A model generated the notes under the pieces. That model did no database searches, was not told where the DNA came from, and saw only the letters and a program-made list of their open reading frames with translations. Below are positions 13,813-26,276 of a stretch of DNA of 64,000 nucleotides, in pieces. The translations under genes and the position numbers were made by a program. Source of the DNA: Malacoraja senta (lineage: Eukaryota); NCBI GenBank assembly GCA_038087875.1, contig CM075993.1, positions 7,132,001-7,196,000 of the forward strand, read 5' to 3'. How positions within the stretch are numbered: position 1 is the first letter of the stretch; every line of letters begins with the position of its first letter.

Positions 13813-15571
13813 TAAATAATCACTGCTTGTGGGATCTTGTTGAGTGCATATTGGCTGCCAAGCTGTCTGATGTTACAACAGTGACTAACCTTAAAGTCTG
13901 CTTCTTGGACCTGCTTCTTGCTTCTGCTACCTCCAAATCAAGAACGACTTCCTTCCATTTCATGTCTGTGGTTTCTGAGGTGGCCGATGAGTCAAGAGTG
14001 TTTTATTGGCAAATGTCCAGAAAAGGAACAATAAAATCCTTATGCAGCAGCTCAACAAACATGTAAGCATAGTACTTGGTGGACAACAAAAATAAGTTTG
14101 ATGTATAATCAAGGTAGTTTGTAGTTCGGGGTTTAGTTGCAGTCAGTGGCGTTCAATAGCCTGAGGGTTGTTGGGAAGATGCTGCTCCTGAACCTTAGTT
14201 TTCAGGCTCCTGTACCTTCTTCCCGATGGCGGGAATGAAATGAGAGTGTGGCCAGGGTCGTGTGGGTCTCTGATGATGCTGGCTGCCTTTTTGAGTTACC
14301 AAATCTACAGGAAGGAACTGCAGATGCTGGTTTAAACCGAAGATAGACACAAATATGAGGGAAGATGATTAGACTTTATTGCCTTCCATCACTGTGAGGA
14401 TTGTGGGGAATCCGTTGTGGTGGATGTTTATGTTAACCTTTATGTGTGTCTTGTTGCTTTTTTTTAAGTATGGCTGTGTGGTAATACGAATATTACTGCA
14501 CCTTAATTGGTACACACGACAATAAAAGACCTTTGAAATAGCTGGAGTAACTCAGTGGGACAGACAGCATCTCTGGAGGAACGGGTGACGTTTTGGGTCG
14601 AGACCGTTCTTCAGACGTTTCACCCGTTCTGTCCAGAGATGCTGCCTCTCCGGCAGTGTTGCTCCAGCTTTTTGTGTCTATCTACTACATATACCATCTA
14701 CATACTGCACTGCAGTTGCTCTTTAATCTACTCTGGCAGCAACTCACAAACTGCATTCTCTACTATCAAGAAGGATAGGAGCAGTAGATACATAGGCACA
14801 CCACCACTTGCAGGTCTCCCTCCAAGCCTCACACCATCCTGATCTGGAAATGTATTGCAGGTACTTCATTGCTGAGCCTAAACCCTAGAACTCCCTCCCC
14901 AACAGCAGTGTGGCAGGACCTTCTTCAGAGTCCAGAGTTAGCAGATGACCACCATCTACTTAAGGTGGACAATAAATGTGCAAAATGAACCAGGACAGGC
15001 AATAAATGCCTTGATCCTGAAATGAAAACTTTACAAGTACAATTTGTATTGCTCCACGCAGAGGGATCTCCTTATTGCTGTGTGCTACAAGATAAATCAC
15101 CACTAGGTTGTCCTCCACATTCTCTTCTCAGTGGCTGGGGAGCTGCTTCCCAAATCACACTGAGCCTGAAGAAGGGTTTCAACCCAAAATGTCGCCCATC
15201 CTTTTTTCTCCAGAGATGCTGAATTACTCCGGCACTCAGTGTCTGTCCCAAACCACACCATTGGTCCCATCCATGAGAGGCACAAGGAACAAGATGCCAC
15301 TGCCCAGAAAATAGCCTCTTGGAAATGGGTCAACAAGGTGGGCTGTGGAATGAAAGAGCAGCAGATATTCCTTATCAAATGTATTTTTTAAACCTCTTTG
15401 TGCTCAGCTAAAGGAAGAAACGTATCCATTAAAAAACGTTTGAACATCTGTAATTGTTGATTGCAGTGGTTATCTTCCCATTTAACAAATAGATAAACTG
15501 TACTGACGTGACAAGAACAGTTTACAAGAGCATCACCTTTTGGTATTTCACGGATTTTGTATCATTTCCAG

Positions 15572-15707
15572 GTACTGCACAGATGAAAAGCACTTTTTTG
15601 CCAAGCGCTTCATGCTGGAAAAACACATCAACCTAATGCATGGGATCCGAAACCCAGACTTCAGCCAGATGCAGAAAGCTGCAAACACAAACTCAGATGC
15701 CAAAGTG
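15572..15707 (+). CDS. ZNF592: ZNF592-like coding exon
   Basis: atcatttccag|G TAC TGC completes the TG+G Trp codon. Encodes YCTDEKHFFAKRFMLEKHINLMHGIRNPDFSQM...AKV, then GTG|gtgaga. The LMHGIRNPD motif is ZNF592-like (recalled). Confidence 0.88.
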
Positions 15708-16852
15708 GTGAGACTTCCTTCCTCATGTGTTATTTTACAATGGGCATCAAAGGTAATCCTGGAGCTAACTACACCTGCATCTCATGAAGGGCGCAGTGGT
15801 AGAGTTGCTGCCTTACAGCACCAGAGACCCGGGTTGAATCTTGTGCTTGTCCGTACCGAGTTTGTACGTTCTCCCCATGACCAGCATGTGCCCTCTCTGG
15901 GGTCTACAGTTTCCTCCCACACTCCAAAAACGTACAGATTAGTCGGTTAATTGGCATGGTATAATTGTAAATTGTCCCTAGTGTGTGTAGAATACTGTTA
16001 ATGTGCGGGGATCACTGGTCGTTGCGAACTCGGTGGGCCGAAGGGCCTGTTTCCATGCTGTATCTCTAAACTAAACATAAGCTAAACTGCAGCCGTTTAA
16101 AGAAACTTCTCTGAAGTAGGCAGGAGCTGACAATAAAGGATAGCTGTATTGGTGGTGCCTACATCAGAATATAAATAGGGTATAGAATATAATAAGGAAT
16201 ATAATGAACTACAGAATATAATAAAGGGCCACACAGTGGTGCAGCTGGTAGAGTTGCTCACAGCGGCAGAGACCCAGGTTTGTTCCAGACCTTGGGTGCT
16301 CAGTGTGTGGAGTTTGCGCGTTCTCCCTGTGACCGCATGGGTTTCCTCCGGGTGTTCCGGTATCCTCCCACATCCCAAAGATGTGCGGATTTGTAGGTTA
16401 ACCAGCGTCTGTAAATTGCCTCTAACATGTCGGGATTGGATGAGAAAGTGGGATAACATAAAACTAGTGTGAATGGGCGATCGATGATCGCAGTGGACTC
16501 GGTCGACCGAAGGGCCTGTTTCCATCCTGTATCTCTAAACTAAACTAAACAAAAAAGTAGTCGAAATGTGTAGGAAGAACCACAGATGCAGGTTTACACC
16601 AAAGATAGACACAAAATGCTGGAGAAACTCAGTGAGACAGGCAGCATCTCTGGAGAAGGAATGGATGACGTTTCAGGTTGAGACCCTTCTTCACAAGTGT
16701 CACCCATTTCTTCTCTCCAGAGATGCTGCCCGTCCCGTTGAGTTACTCCAGCATTTTGTGTCTTATCTTCTAAATGAATAAGCAAGGTTTGCAGTCCATG
16801 TCTGCTTCTAGATGCCAGTCTTGTGATTGCTAATTGTCGTTTCCTTTTCGAG

Positions 16853-17341
16853 GAGGACTTGCCTGGCAAGCGCGTGGCCAGTGACACAGAAGCAGCCGGG
16901 CAGCCGATCTCTCACACCATAGCATCACTTCCCAAGAAGCTGAAGGTCGCAGTGTTCAAACAGTACAGATGTTCCAAGTGTGGTTACATGACCAAGAGCA
17001 AAGCCGATTTCCAGGGACACATACCTCAGCACAAGACCGATGGCTCAACCTTCCAGTGCTCGCAGTGCGGTCTCTGTTACACGTCTGCACTCTCCCTGAA
17101 CAGGCACCTCTACATCGTCCACAAGTTCAAAGAACCTGAGACGCTGCAAGCAGGCGTGGTTCGCGAAAACGGGCAAGGCGCGCACAGTAGGGAGTCGAAC
17201 ACTACGTCAGAGGAAGATGTTGATCTCCAGTGCCACGTTTGCAAGGAAATACTTGGCAGTGAAACAGCTTTGAGTGTGCATGTTCGGACTCACGGAATGA
17301 GGATCATATTATCCAAGCAGAATGGAGGGTCAGAACAGTGA
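16853..17341 (+). CDS. ZNF592: ZNF592-like last coding exon with three C2H2 fingers and stop codon
   Basis: Branch-like ctaat (16830) and pyrimidine tract ttccttttcgag; start is 16853 or 16856. Encodes YRCSKCGY...HIPQH, FQCSQCGLCYTSALSLNRHLYIVH and CHVCKE...HVRTH; TGA at 17339-17341. Adjacency to SEC11A supports ZNF592. Confidence 0.85.
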   Translation, partial: EDLPGKRVASDTEAAGQPISHTIASLPKKLKVAVFKQYRCSKCGYMTKSKADFQGHIPQHKTDGSTFQCSQCGLCYTSALSLNRHLYIVHKFKEPETLQAGVVRENGQGAHSRESNTTSEEDVDLQCHVCKEILGSETALSVHVRTHGMRIILSKQNGGSEQ

Positions 17342-18680
17342 TTCCGTCAGTGCAGAGGAGAGATCCGTCAAGTCTCCAAATCTTCTTCATCCAGGACAGA
17401 TGTGCAGTGAGAAGCCCGGTTCACAGATACATAGCACAGCAACGTATCAACAAGTAAAGGAAAGTGGTCCTCATTCAAAGCTGACCAGTAGGATTCTCTC
17501 TGCCCATGACAGTGGAACAAGTGTTGCTTCTGGATCCCTCGTCCTAGTTTTTATTGTTTCTTGTTGTTGTCGAAAGATTAGTTTTTATACTTTGTACAAC
17601 CCAATGCACAATAGAACTTCACAGGGAAAGCAAGCCAAGCATGCTCTCCGCGGCCTCCACCTCCCAGTGCCCTCAAACGTCTGGGACTATTTGTTTCACG
17701 TAACTTTGCATGCCAGTCTCAAGCCCAGCTTTCAGTTAAACTCTCCACAGGCTTGTGTAGCTCACAGTCCGTAATGTCACAAAATAAAAAGCACGTCTCA
17801 CTGCTTCTGTCCCGGGCAATATTAGGCCAGAATTGGGTGTTAGAATGTCAGTGCCCCCCCTCTTCAAAAGCTGTTTTAGTGACTCAAAGTGAATGGTTCC
17901 CTTCCTTTTTAAAAGTTGACGTTTGACGTGCATGCAATGAGGATTCACAACGTAATGTAGGTCCGTTTAAATATCCTCAACTTCCCCCTCCCTTATTTAA
18001 AAGTAAATAGAGAGATTATACTATGAAGGAATGTCTGCAAGCATTGGCAGTGCCCCTTTCTCATCATTTGTTGTGCCATTGTTCATTGATTATTTTTCAT
18101 TTTATTTTGTGGCTTTTTATCGATTTAGTTTCCTTCGATCTCCTTGCCCGTCAGCCAAGCACCCAAGTGTTTTCGACACGTGTCTTCATCTGCCTGTTAC
18201 AGTTTGATCCTTTCTCCACGAGCACTGTGTCAGACAGTTGTTTGTGGAAAGTTTACGTTGGAATCGCAGGCCTAAGTCTCTTTACTTTTTAAATCCAGTA
18301 CAACAATGTTGTGAATGTAATGCGGAGTCATTGCTCAAAAATGTGACGATGTTTCCGGTTTGTGCAGTAATCTGAGGTTGGTTCTGATAAACCCCATAAT
18401 TTATCAAGACTGCATCCCTAACACGACGCATATCCATGGTACAGGACCCCAGGGGTTGTCTTATCATCATCTGTGTGGTAACTCCTCCTCATTCCTGAGG
18501 GCTGCATGCAGGGGTGACATTTTTTCTGAGCTTTGTGACATTGCTTACATTTTTCCTGTTTCACCGCCTCTAAGTTGGAGACAGACCACTCCGCAGTCTT
18601 CCGCCATTTCTTAGCCAGAGTCGTGAAGTTTCTTCTCTACCTTCCCACAGTGTCCTTCAATAAACCTGATATTTATCTAC
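17342..18680 (+). other. Probable ZNF592 3' UTR
   Basis: Non-repetitive sequence after the stop codon, with AATAAA at ~17783 and 18659-18664; repeats resume after this. Confidence 0.55.
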
Positions 18681-18689
18681 ACTCATACA

Positions 18690-21600
18690 TTTTAGGACAT
18701 CCAGCATCTGCAGCTATAATATGGAACTATTATCAAGACACCAAGACATGAACTATCCGCAGTTCCCAAGTCTTCATGTCTTTCTCCGTGGTACAAAACA
18801 GAGGAGAAATATTCATTGAGTATCTCACCATTTTCCTGTAGCTCCAGACATAGATGACCACCTTGGTTTCTGAGGCATCCTATTTTCTTCCTGATTACCC
18901 TTTTCCCTCAATATACTTATAACATTGCTTTGGGCTCTCCTTAATCTTATCTGCCAGAAGTTTCGGTTCTCCTGATTTCATTCTTATATATGGTCCTAGA
19001 CTCCCCAAGGGATTCATTTGATCCCAGATGCCTGCACCAGCCCTATGCCATCCTTTTCCTGACCTGAGCCTTAATCTCCCGCACTAGGAGTTTGTACCTT
19101 CTCCCCGTGATCGCGTGAGGTTTCTCCGAGATCTTCAGTTTCCTCCCACACTCCAAAGACGTACAGGTTCGTAGGTTAATTGGCTTGGGTTTGTGTACTT
19201 GGTACAAGTGTAAACTGTCCCTAGTGTGTGTAGGCTTGTGTTAATGTGCGGGGATCGCTGGTTGGTGCGGACTCGGCAAGCCGATGGGCCTGTTTTTGCA
19301 CTGTATCTATAAACTAAACTAAATCAGCTAAAGTTCCGTACTCGTGCCCATCGTGGCCTTTCTCTAACAGGAATATTCAGACCTTAAATCTCTCTATCTC
19401 ACTTTTATAAAGGTGGGAAACTTTAAAGGTGTGAAAGTTGATTGGAATAGGTTGTTGACTTTGGGAAATGGGTTGCTTTGAAGTTTCTGTCCAAATCCAT
19501 CAAAGTTCTTCCCAATTTAGAACATTATGGACCAGCCTTGTCCTTTTCCATAACTATTTTAAAACAAGTAGAAATATGGATGTCGGTCCCAAAGTCCTTG
19601 ACCACTGTCATCTCAGTCACTTGCCCAGCCCTATTTCCTAAGAGCAGGACAAGCTTTATCCTCTTTCTTGTAGAGCCAACTATATATTACTGAAGGAAGC
19701 ATTCCTGAACATGCTTGACAAATTCCATCCCATCTAAGCCCCTTGGCACGATGGAAGTCCCAGTTTATAATAGGAATATTAAAGTACCCCACTACAATCT
19801 GCAATCTCCCAACATATTTCTTCCTCTAATTCCCGTTGACTATTTGGGGGCCAACAGAACACTCCCAACAAAATGATCATCCCCATTTTATTTCTCAGCT
19901 CAACCATATAGCCTCACTTAACAATCCCTCACTACTGCTGTGACGTTCTCCTTAATTTAAACATTGAACAATACATCACAAGCATGGGCTCTTCAGCCCG
20001 CGTTGTTTGTGTCGAACATGATGCCAAGCTAAACTCATTATATCTGCCTGTACATGATCCATGTCACTTTATTCCTTGCACTCCAAAGCGCCTATCTAAA
20101 AGCTTCTTAAACCCATAACTGCCACCACTATTGTATCTGCCACCACCACTATCCCTGGCAGTATGGTCCAGGCCCCCACCACTCTGTGTAAAAACGTGCC
20201 CCACGCATCTCCATTAAACTTCCCCCCTTCTCACCTTATAGCTACGCCCTCTAGTGTTCTATATTTCCACCCTGGGGTGGGAAGGTTCTGACTGTCAAGC
20301 TTACCTACCCCTCATACTTTTATATACTTCCATCAGATCTCCCCTCCATCTCCATCTCCACCTCCAACGTTCCAGAGAAACCAATCCCAGAGAAACTTGG
20401 TTTCCAGAGAAACCAAGTTTATCCAACCTCTCCTTGCAGATGATTTCTATATCGACTTCCAGCCTTCTTCCTGTCTCACTTCTGTATTGGATCTCTTCCC
20501 CCGACTAATCTAGTTTAAACTCTCCCTGATACCACTTGCAAACATGCCCCACATTTTATTGGTCCCCTTCCCGTTTAGAGGCAACCCATCCCTCCAGTAC
20601 AGGTCACCTCTATCCCAGAGGAAATCCCAATGGTCCAAAAATCTGAATCACTGCCTCCTGCACTAACTCCTCAGCAACACTTTCATCTGGCCTATCCTCC
20701 TCTTCCCACTCTCACTGGCATATGACACTGGGAATAATCCAAAGATTACTACCCTTGAGATCCTGCTTTTTATCCTTTGAGCCCCTGTATTCACTCTGCA
20801 GGCCACATCTCTTTTCCGAACCATTCTCCCTCTGCATCCACTCGGAGATATCCTTGACCCAAGCACCATCATGGAGTCCTGTCTGTTGCCACTGAATCTC
20901 TTATCACTCCCCCAAATTAATAAGTCTTTATCAATATTGCACTGCCTGACCGCACCCTTCCCTGCTTTGTCTCAGAGCCAGTTTGGTGCCACAGATCTGA
21001 CTGCTGTTGTTGCTGCTTTCGCCTGAACGTCATCCCCGCCAACAATATTCAAAAGGGTGTTGGAAGGAACTGCAGATGGTGGTTTAACTCAGCGGGGCAG
21101 GCAGCATCTCTGGAGAGATGGAATGGGTGACGTTTTGGGTCGAGACTCTTCTTCAGAAGGGTGTACTAGTTTTCAAGGGGACTGGCCATGGGGGATTCCT
21201 GCATTCTTTGTTTTACTCCCTTTTCCTTTCCTGGTGGTCATCCATCTTCTTTCTCTTTGCACCTTGGGCATGACCACCTCACTAAAACTCTTACCCCTGC
21301 TCTCAGCATCCCAGGCAATCTTCAGTACATCCATCTCCCACTCCAGTGCCTTCATACGGCCCATCATGAGCTGTAGTTGGGTGCACCTCCCACAGGTGTG
21401 GACATCGGGGACATAGTAACATAGAAAATTGGTGCAGGAGTAGGCCATTCGGCCCTTCAAGCCTGCACCGCCATTCAATATGATCATGGCTGATCATCCA
21501 ACTCAGTATCCTGTACCTGCCTTCTCTCCATACCCCCTGATCCCTTTAGCCAATGGAAATTTCCCATTTCCCAATGGAAATTTCCCTGAGCTCCCACATC

Positions 21601-21790
21601 CTGCAGGAGGTGCATCCCTCTACCCTATCTGCCATGTTCACTGCACTAAGACAAAAGAGGAAGAGGTGTGGGGGAAAAAAAGAGACCTTACTTTGTCTTA
21701 ACTTTTGCCTCAGCTCAGCCTCCTAGCCGAAGTCTCTCCAGCCAAAGCCTCAGCACATACCCTCAACCACCTCTCCTGTAATTCTATCGA
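18690..21790 (-). mobile_element. Old, degenerate long CR1-like LINE including ORF1 remnants, with nested SINEs
   Basis: Minus-strand peptides VPDVHTCGRCTQLQL...(zinc-finger/leucine-zipper type ORF1) and SRVVIFGLFPVSYASE (SGNH-esterase-like), followed by decayed ORF2-like sequence. Confidence 0.6.
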
Positions 21791-23470
21791 GATAAGGGAA
21801 AAGTCATTCAATACTGACCAGACATGATTGAAGGGAGGAATATATTCTCAAAGGGCCAAAGGGCCTAATTCTGCTCCTATGACTTATGCAGTTTGCCAGA
21901 GCTCCACTCAGCAGCTGATTGGAAGAGGCTTTGAGCCATTGCTATTCCCTGTTAATTTGGAAGAGCTGTATGTTCTCAACTCACTGGGTGACCTAAAGCA
22001 CCATCTAGGGTTTGGGAGACAGATGATCGAGGGATAGAAACTCTGCTGTATAGTATTTCCACCCCAAGGTACAATTTTTCAAGAAGACAGACAACCTTTT
22101 CAAAACTAAATCACAGTGATAGAGCATGGAAACAGGTCCTTCCACCCAACCTGCCCACACCGGCCAACATGTCCCATCTACACTAGTCCCACCTGCCCGC
22201 ATTTGGCTCATATCCCTCCAAACCTGTCCTATTCATATACCTGTCTAGCTGTTTCTTACATGTTGGGATAATCCCTGCCTCAACTACCTCCTCTGGCAGC
22301 TTGTTACATACGCCCAACGCCTTTTGTGTGAAAAGGTTACCCCTCGGATTCCTATTAAACTTTTCCCCTTCACCTTAAACCTATGTCCTCTGGTCTTCGA
22401 TTCAACTACTCTGGGCAAGAGACTCTGTATCTACCCGATCTATTCCTCTCATGATTTTATACAGACCTATAAGATCACCCCTCATCCTCCTGCGCTCCAA
22501 GGAATAATCCCAGCTTACTCAACCTCTCCCTATAGCTCAGACCCTCTATTCCTGCAACATCCTTGTAAATCATTTTCTAAATCTCCCCAAATGGTCCACA
22601 AATAGGCAAAGAAACAGGGGGAAAGCGTTTAAATCTAATTGTAGCTCTTGGACACTAGTTTGTTGAAATAGGAAAGATCTCGAGTTCTTAATTTATTGAG
22701 GAGAACTGGTTTGTGATAGTTTCTGGCCTGAAATTAGCAGACTACCTTGAAACAACACAGGTGAAGTCACGAGAAACTGATAAGCCTCCAGAATTTTAAT
22801 TACAATTTTTTTAATATATTATGTCAATCAAATGTGATTTTTGGTAATACAATCGCCCTGAACTAATTTAAAATGGAAATTCTGTTAGTCTTGCCATTGT
22901 GGCCTGGAGGAGGTTTATCTGCTTGTTATCAGGAGGGGTTGATCTGCACAGTGCACTGGTTCTTTCATTGCATCCTCTGCACAGTACACATGTTGATCAG
23001 AATTAATGTTGGTGTAAGAAGGAACTGCAGATGCTGGTTTACACCCAAAATAGACACAAAATGCTGGAGTAACTCAGTGGGTCAGGCAGCATCTCTGGAC
23101 AAAAGGAATAGATGATGTTTCTGGTCGAGTCCCTGCTTCAGACTGAAGTCCAAAGACTGAAGTCTGAAGAAGGGTCTCGACCAGCAACATCACCTATTCT
23201 TTATCTCCAGAGATGCTGCCTGACCCGCTGAGTTACTCCAGTATTTTGTATCTCGAGTTCATATTGGGATTGTAAATGGCTCTCTTCTGAGATACCAAAA
23301 TGCAGAAGACCAAATAAGATGACAAGTGGTCAAAGTCAATTGGATCTTATGAATCACTAACTTCTTAGTTAAGATGTAAGATGAAATACAAGGAGATGTT
23401 GGTTTATACAAAAAAAGACACAAGGTGCTGGAGTAAACGGGTCAGGCAGCATCTCTGGAGAGCATGGTTA

Positions 23471-23687
23471 AGGGCCTGTCCCACTTTCACGACCTAATTC
23501 GTGACATCTGCCGAGTTTGCCCTTGACTCGTACTCGCAGCATGGACGTCACAAGGTCGTAGCAGGCCATGATGCTAGTCGTAGGATCTCGTGGCATCAAG
23601 TAGGTCGGGGCGTTTTTTCTAGCATGATGAAAACTCTCCACGAGTAAAAACGGTCGTGAATTAGGTCGTGAAAGTGGGACAGGCCCC
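23471..23687. mobile_element. PIF/Harbinger-like MITE inserted in a Penelope-derived repeat
   Basis: TIR GGGCCTGTCCCACTTTCACGACCTAATTC / GAATTAGGTCGTGAAAGTGGGACAGGCCC with TTA/TAA flanks. A possibly related end (GCCCTGTCCCAC) occurs at ~63760. Confidence 0.8.
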
Positions 23688-26276
23688 TAAGGTGACGTTT
23701 CAGGTCAGGGCCCTTCTGATTGTGGTGGGGGTTTGCCAGGCATTGATCAGCCCCCCACCACTCTCCCAGCTATCTCCCCTACCCCCACCACAATCCGCCT
23801 CAAGGGTCCTGACCCAAAACGTCACCTGTCCATGTTCTCCAGAGATGCTTCCTGACCTGTTGGGTTATTCCAGCACTTTGTGTCATTTTATTGTAAGATG
23901 CAAAATAGCAGTTTTCCAAGGACCAACAGAATTTTCAGACAGATAATCCTGAATAAGATTTTCCACGTCTTCAAAAGGCAAAGTGCGAGACAAAATTGCA
24001 CTTTGTCCTCTTTTAAATATGAGAGAAATTACTGAAATCATGACGTCGATTTTTTTGAAATTATTAAATTGATAATTATTAAATTGTAAAATTATTAAAT
24101 TATTAAATTGAAAATCTTGGAGCCGAGCTAGATTTTCAACCAGATCTCGTAATTTGGAGAAAAAAATCAAGCACAATCGTGGGTGCTCATTTTACACTGA
24201 AATTAAATTATAGTGTCTGACTCTGGTACTGGTTACCAGAAACTAGTGTGGGTTTCTAAAATCATGAACTAGCCAAACAGCTAATAACAACCGAACCATT
24301 CCTTTTAGTTCAATCTTCAAACCCCAACACATTTTCGGATGAGACGAGATTTCAAGATGCAGGGTGTTTTAGTAAATTGTGCAAATCCATTTGTGGAGAT
24401 ATTTCAGATGTTTCTCCTTGCTGAGTGGAAAATGTGGACCGGAGCCCAGACAAGTACAAGGAAACTGAACCTTGGGCAAGGGTACACGCAATGGGTCATA
24501 CCTAACCAGCCATAGAGTCGTAGGGTGATACCGTGTGGAAACAGGCCCTTCAGCCCACACCAGCCAACATGTCCCAGCTACACTAGTCCCACATGTCGGC
24601 ATTTGGTCCATTTCCCTCCAAACCTGTCCTATCCATGTACCTGTCTAACTGCTTCTTAAATGTTGGGATAGTCCCTGCCTCAACTACCTCCTCTGGCAGC
24701 TTGTTCCATACATCCACCACCCTTTGTGTGGAAAAAGTTACTCCTCAGATTCCTATTAAATCTTTTCCCCTTCACCGTAAAGGTCCTTGATTCTCCTACT
24801 CTGGGCAAGAGACTCTGTGCATCTACCCGATCTATTCCTCTCATGCTCTTATACACCTCTATAAGATCACCCCCTCATCCTCTTGTGCTCCAAAAAATAG
24901 AGTCCCAGCCAACTCAACCTCTACCTACAGCTCAGACCCTCTAGTCCTGGCAACATCCTCGTAAATCTTCTCCGTACCCTTTCCAGCCTGACAACATCTT
25001 CCCTCTATAACACGGTGCTCAGAACTGAACACAGTCCTCTAAATGTCCCCTTTCACCTCCCTCTCCTTCCCCGGTTACAGTTAACCTCCACACGTGGGCT
25101 TTGCTTGTCTGGAAAGCTTTTTAACAAGTAGTTTACCTGTCAGACCAGGTTGTGCATTGGTTTGTTTGTCTGTTTGTTTCCGTCTCTGCACCCATTGTGA
25201 AAATGGAGGTGGTGACTTCGCCTTCCCTTGCTGTAAATCACTTCAGATTGCGGCCGATTAATGGGAGCGTCTCTCTCCCCATTTTGCGGGATGGGTGACA
25301 CACTCCCTTTCTGTCCACTCATTCCTGTTACGCAGACATTGTCGAATGTATGAGATTGAATTGCAGCCGACGCCAACGTTTTTCTTCGTAAACGGGCAGT
25401 GCCGTGAAAAGGATGCTCGTTGATCTGGTTTGTGCACTGCCATTCCCTCTGGTATCAATGTGAATGGCACTAAAGTAGTTTACAGGAGGACCAAATAAAG
25501 TATTTTAAAATATTTTTTTTTTAACTGGTGTAATTCCCTGCATAAATGACCACTGTACTGTATCTTAAGTTTTATAAAATTAATTCCTTTAAAGAAAAAT
25601 GTATCTCCCATATTACTCAATTTTATAAATTACTTTGGAGATTTATATTTAATTGTAGTCATATTGACTAAAGTTTTCACATACTTTCTATTTAAGTGTT
25701 GTACTACCTTATACTGTCTTGTTCAAGTGATCTGTGTTATATTACACTTCAAGGGGATATTCCAGACTCCAAGCTAAACTATATTGAGACGCATACGTTC
25801 CTCCTACGTCCCAGGTTTTCCTGTCACGTGGCACCCTCTGCTCATGAGCGATGCCTTCCTTACCTGGTCCAAAGAGATTGTTAGCGTGTTTACTGTGCAG
25901 ATGATATTTAGTAAACTTCTATCAATCCAGAGAAGCTGAATCTGCATTGGAGTCTGGAGTTTGCCACTTCATATTTTTGAGCCAGAATTTAGCTCTATTA
26001 TTCACTGATAAACAGTCAAAATAATTTAAAATATTTATCTGGAATTCAGCTCTGTACACTTCCTTATTTCAGTGTCTTGAAACAATATATATATGAACAT
26101 TTGTACTTTTTGATAAATGTGTATAGTAAGTAGTGTGTAGAGAGACGTTTTGCAAGGTATCCCATATAGTTTGCTAAAAGTAGTTCTACATGTTATCAGG
26201 GATTTTCCCCGCCCCAAGCCATCACCCCTCTATTTAATCTGCATCCGTCTCTGTGCCTTCTTATTATGTTCACTTA

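Noticed and set aside
15751..15758. Alternative donor AAG|gtaatc extending the ZNF592 exon
   Set aside because: In frame but adds unremarkable residues; GTG|gtgaga at 15707 is the simpler call. Not excluded without RNA data.
17322..17774. 150-aa ORF overlapping the ZNF592 stop codon
   Set aside because: No recognisable domain; best explained as a chance ORF in the 3' UTR.
21550..21586. Tandem GGAAATTTCCC (NF-kB-like) sites
   Set aside because: Short duplication at a nested repeat junction inside a decayed CR1, probably an insertion by-product; no other support.
25693..25720. ACTACCT (miR-196-type seed match) in the UTR-like block
   Set aside because: A single 7-mer is expected by chance, and conservation cannot be assessed here.
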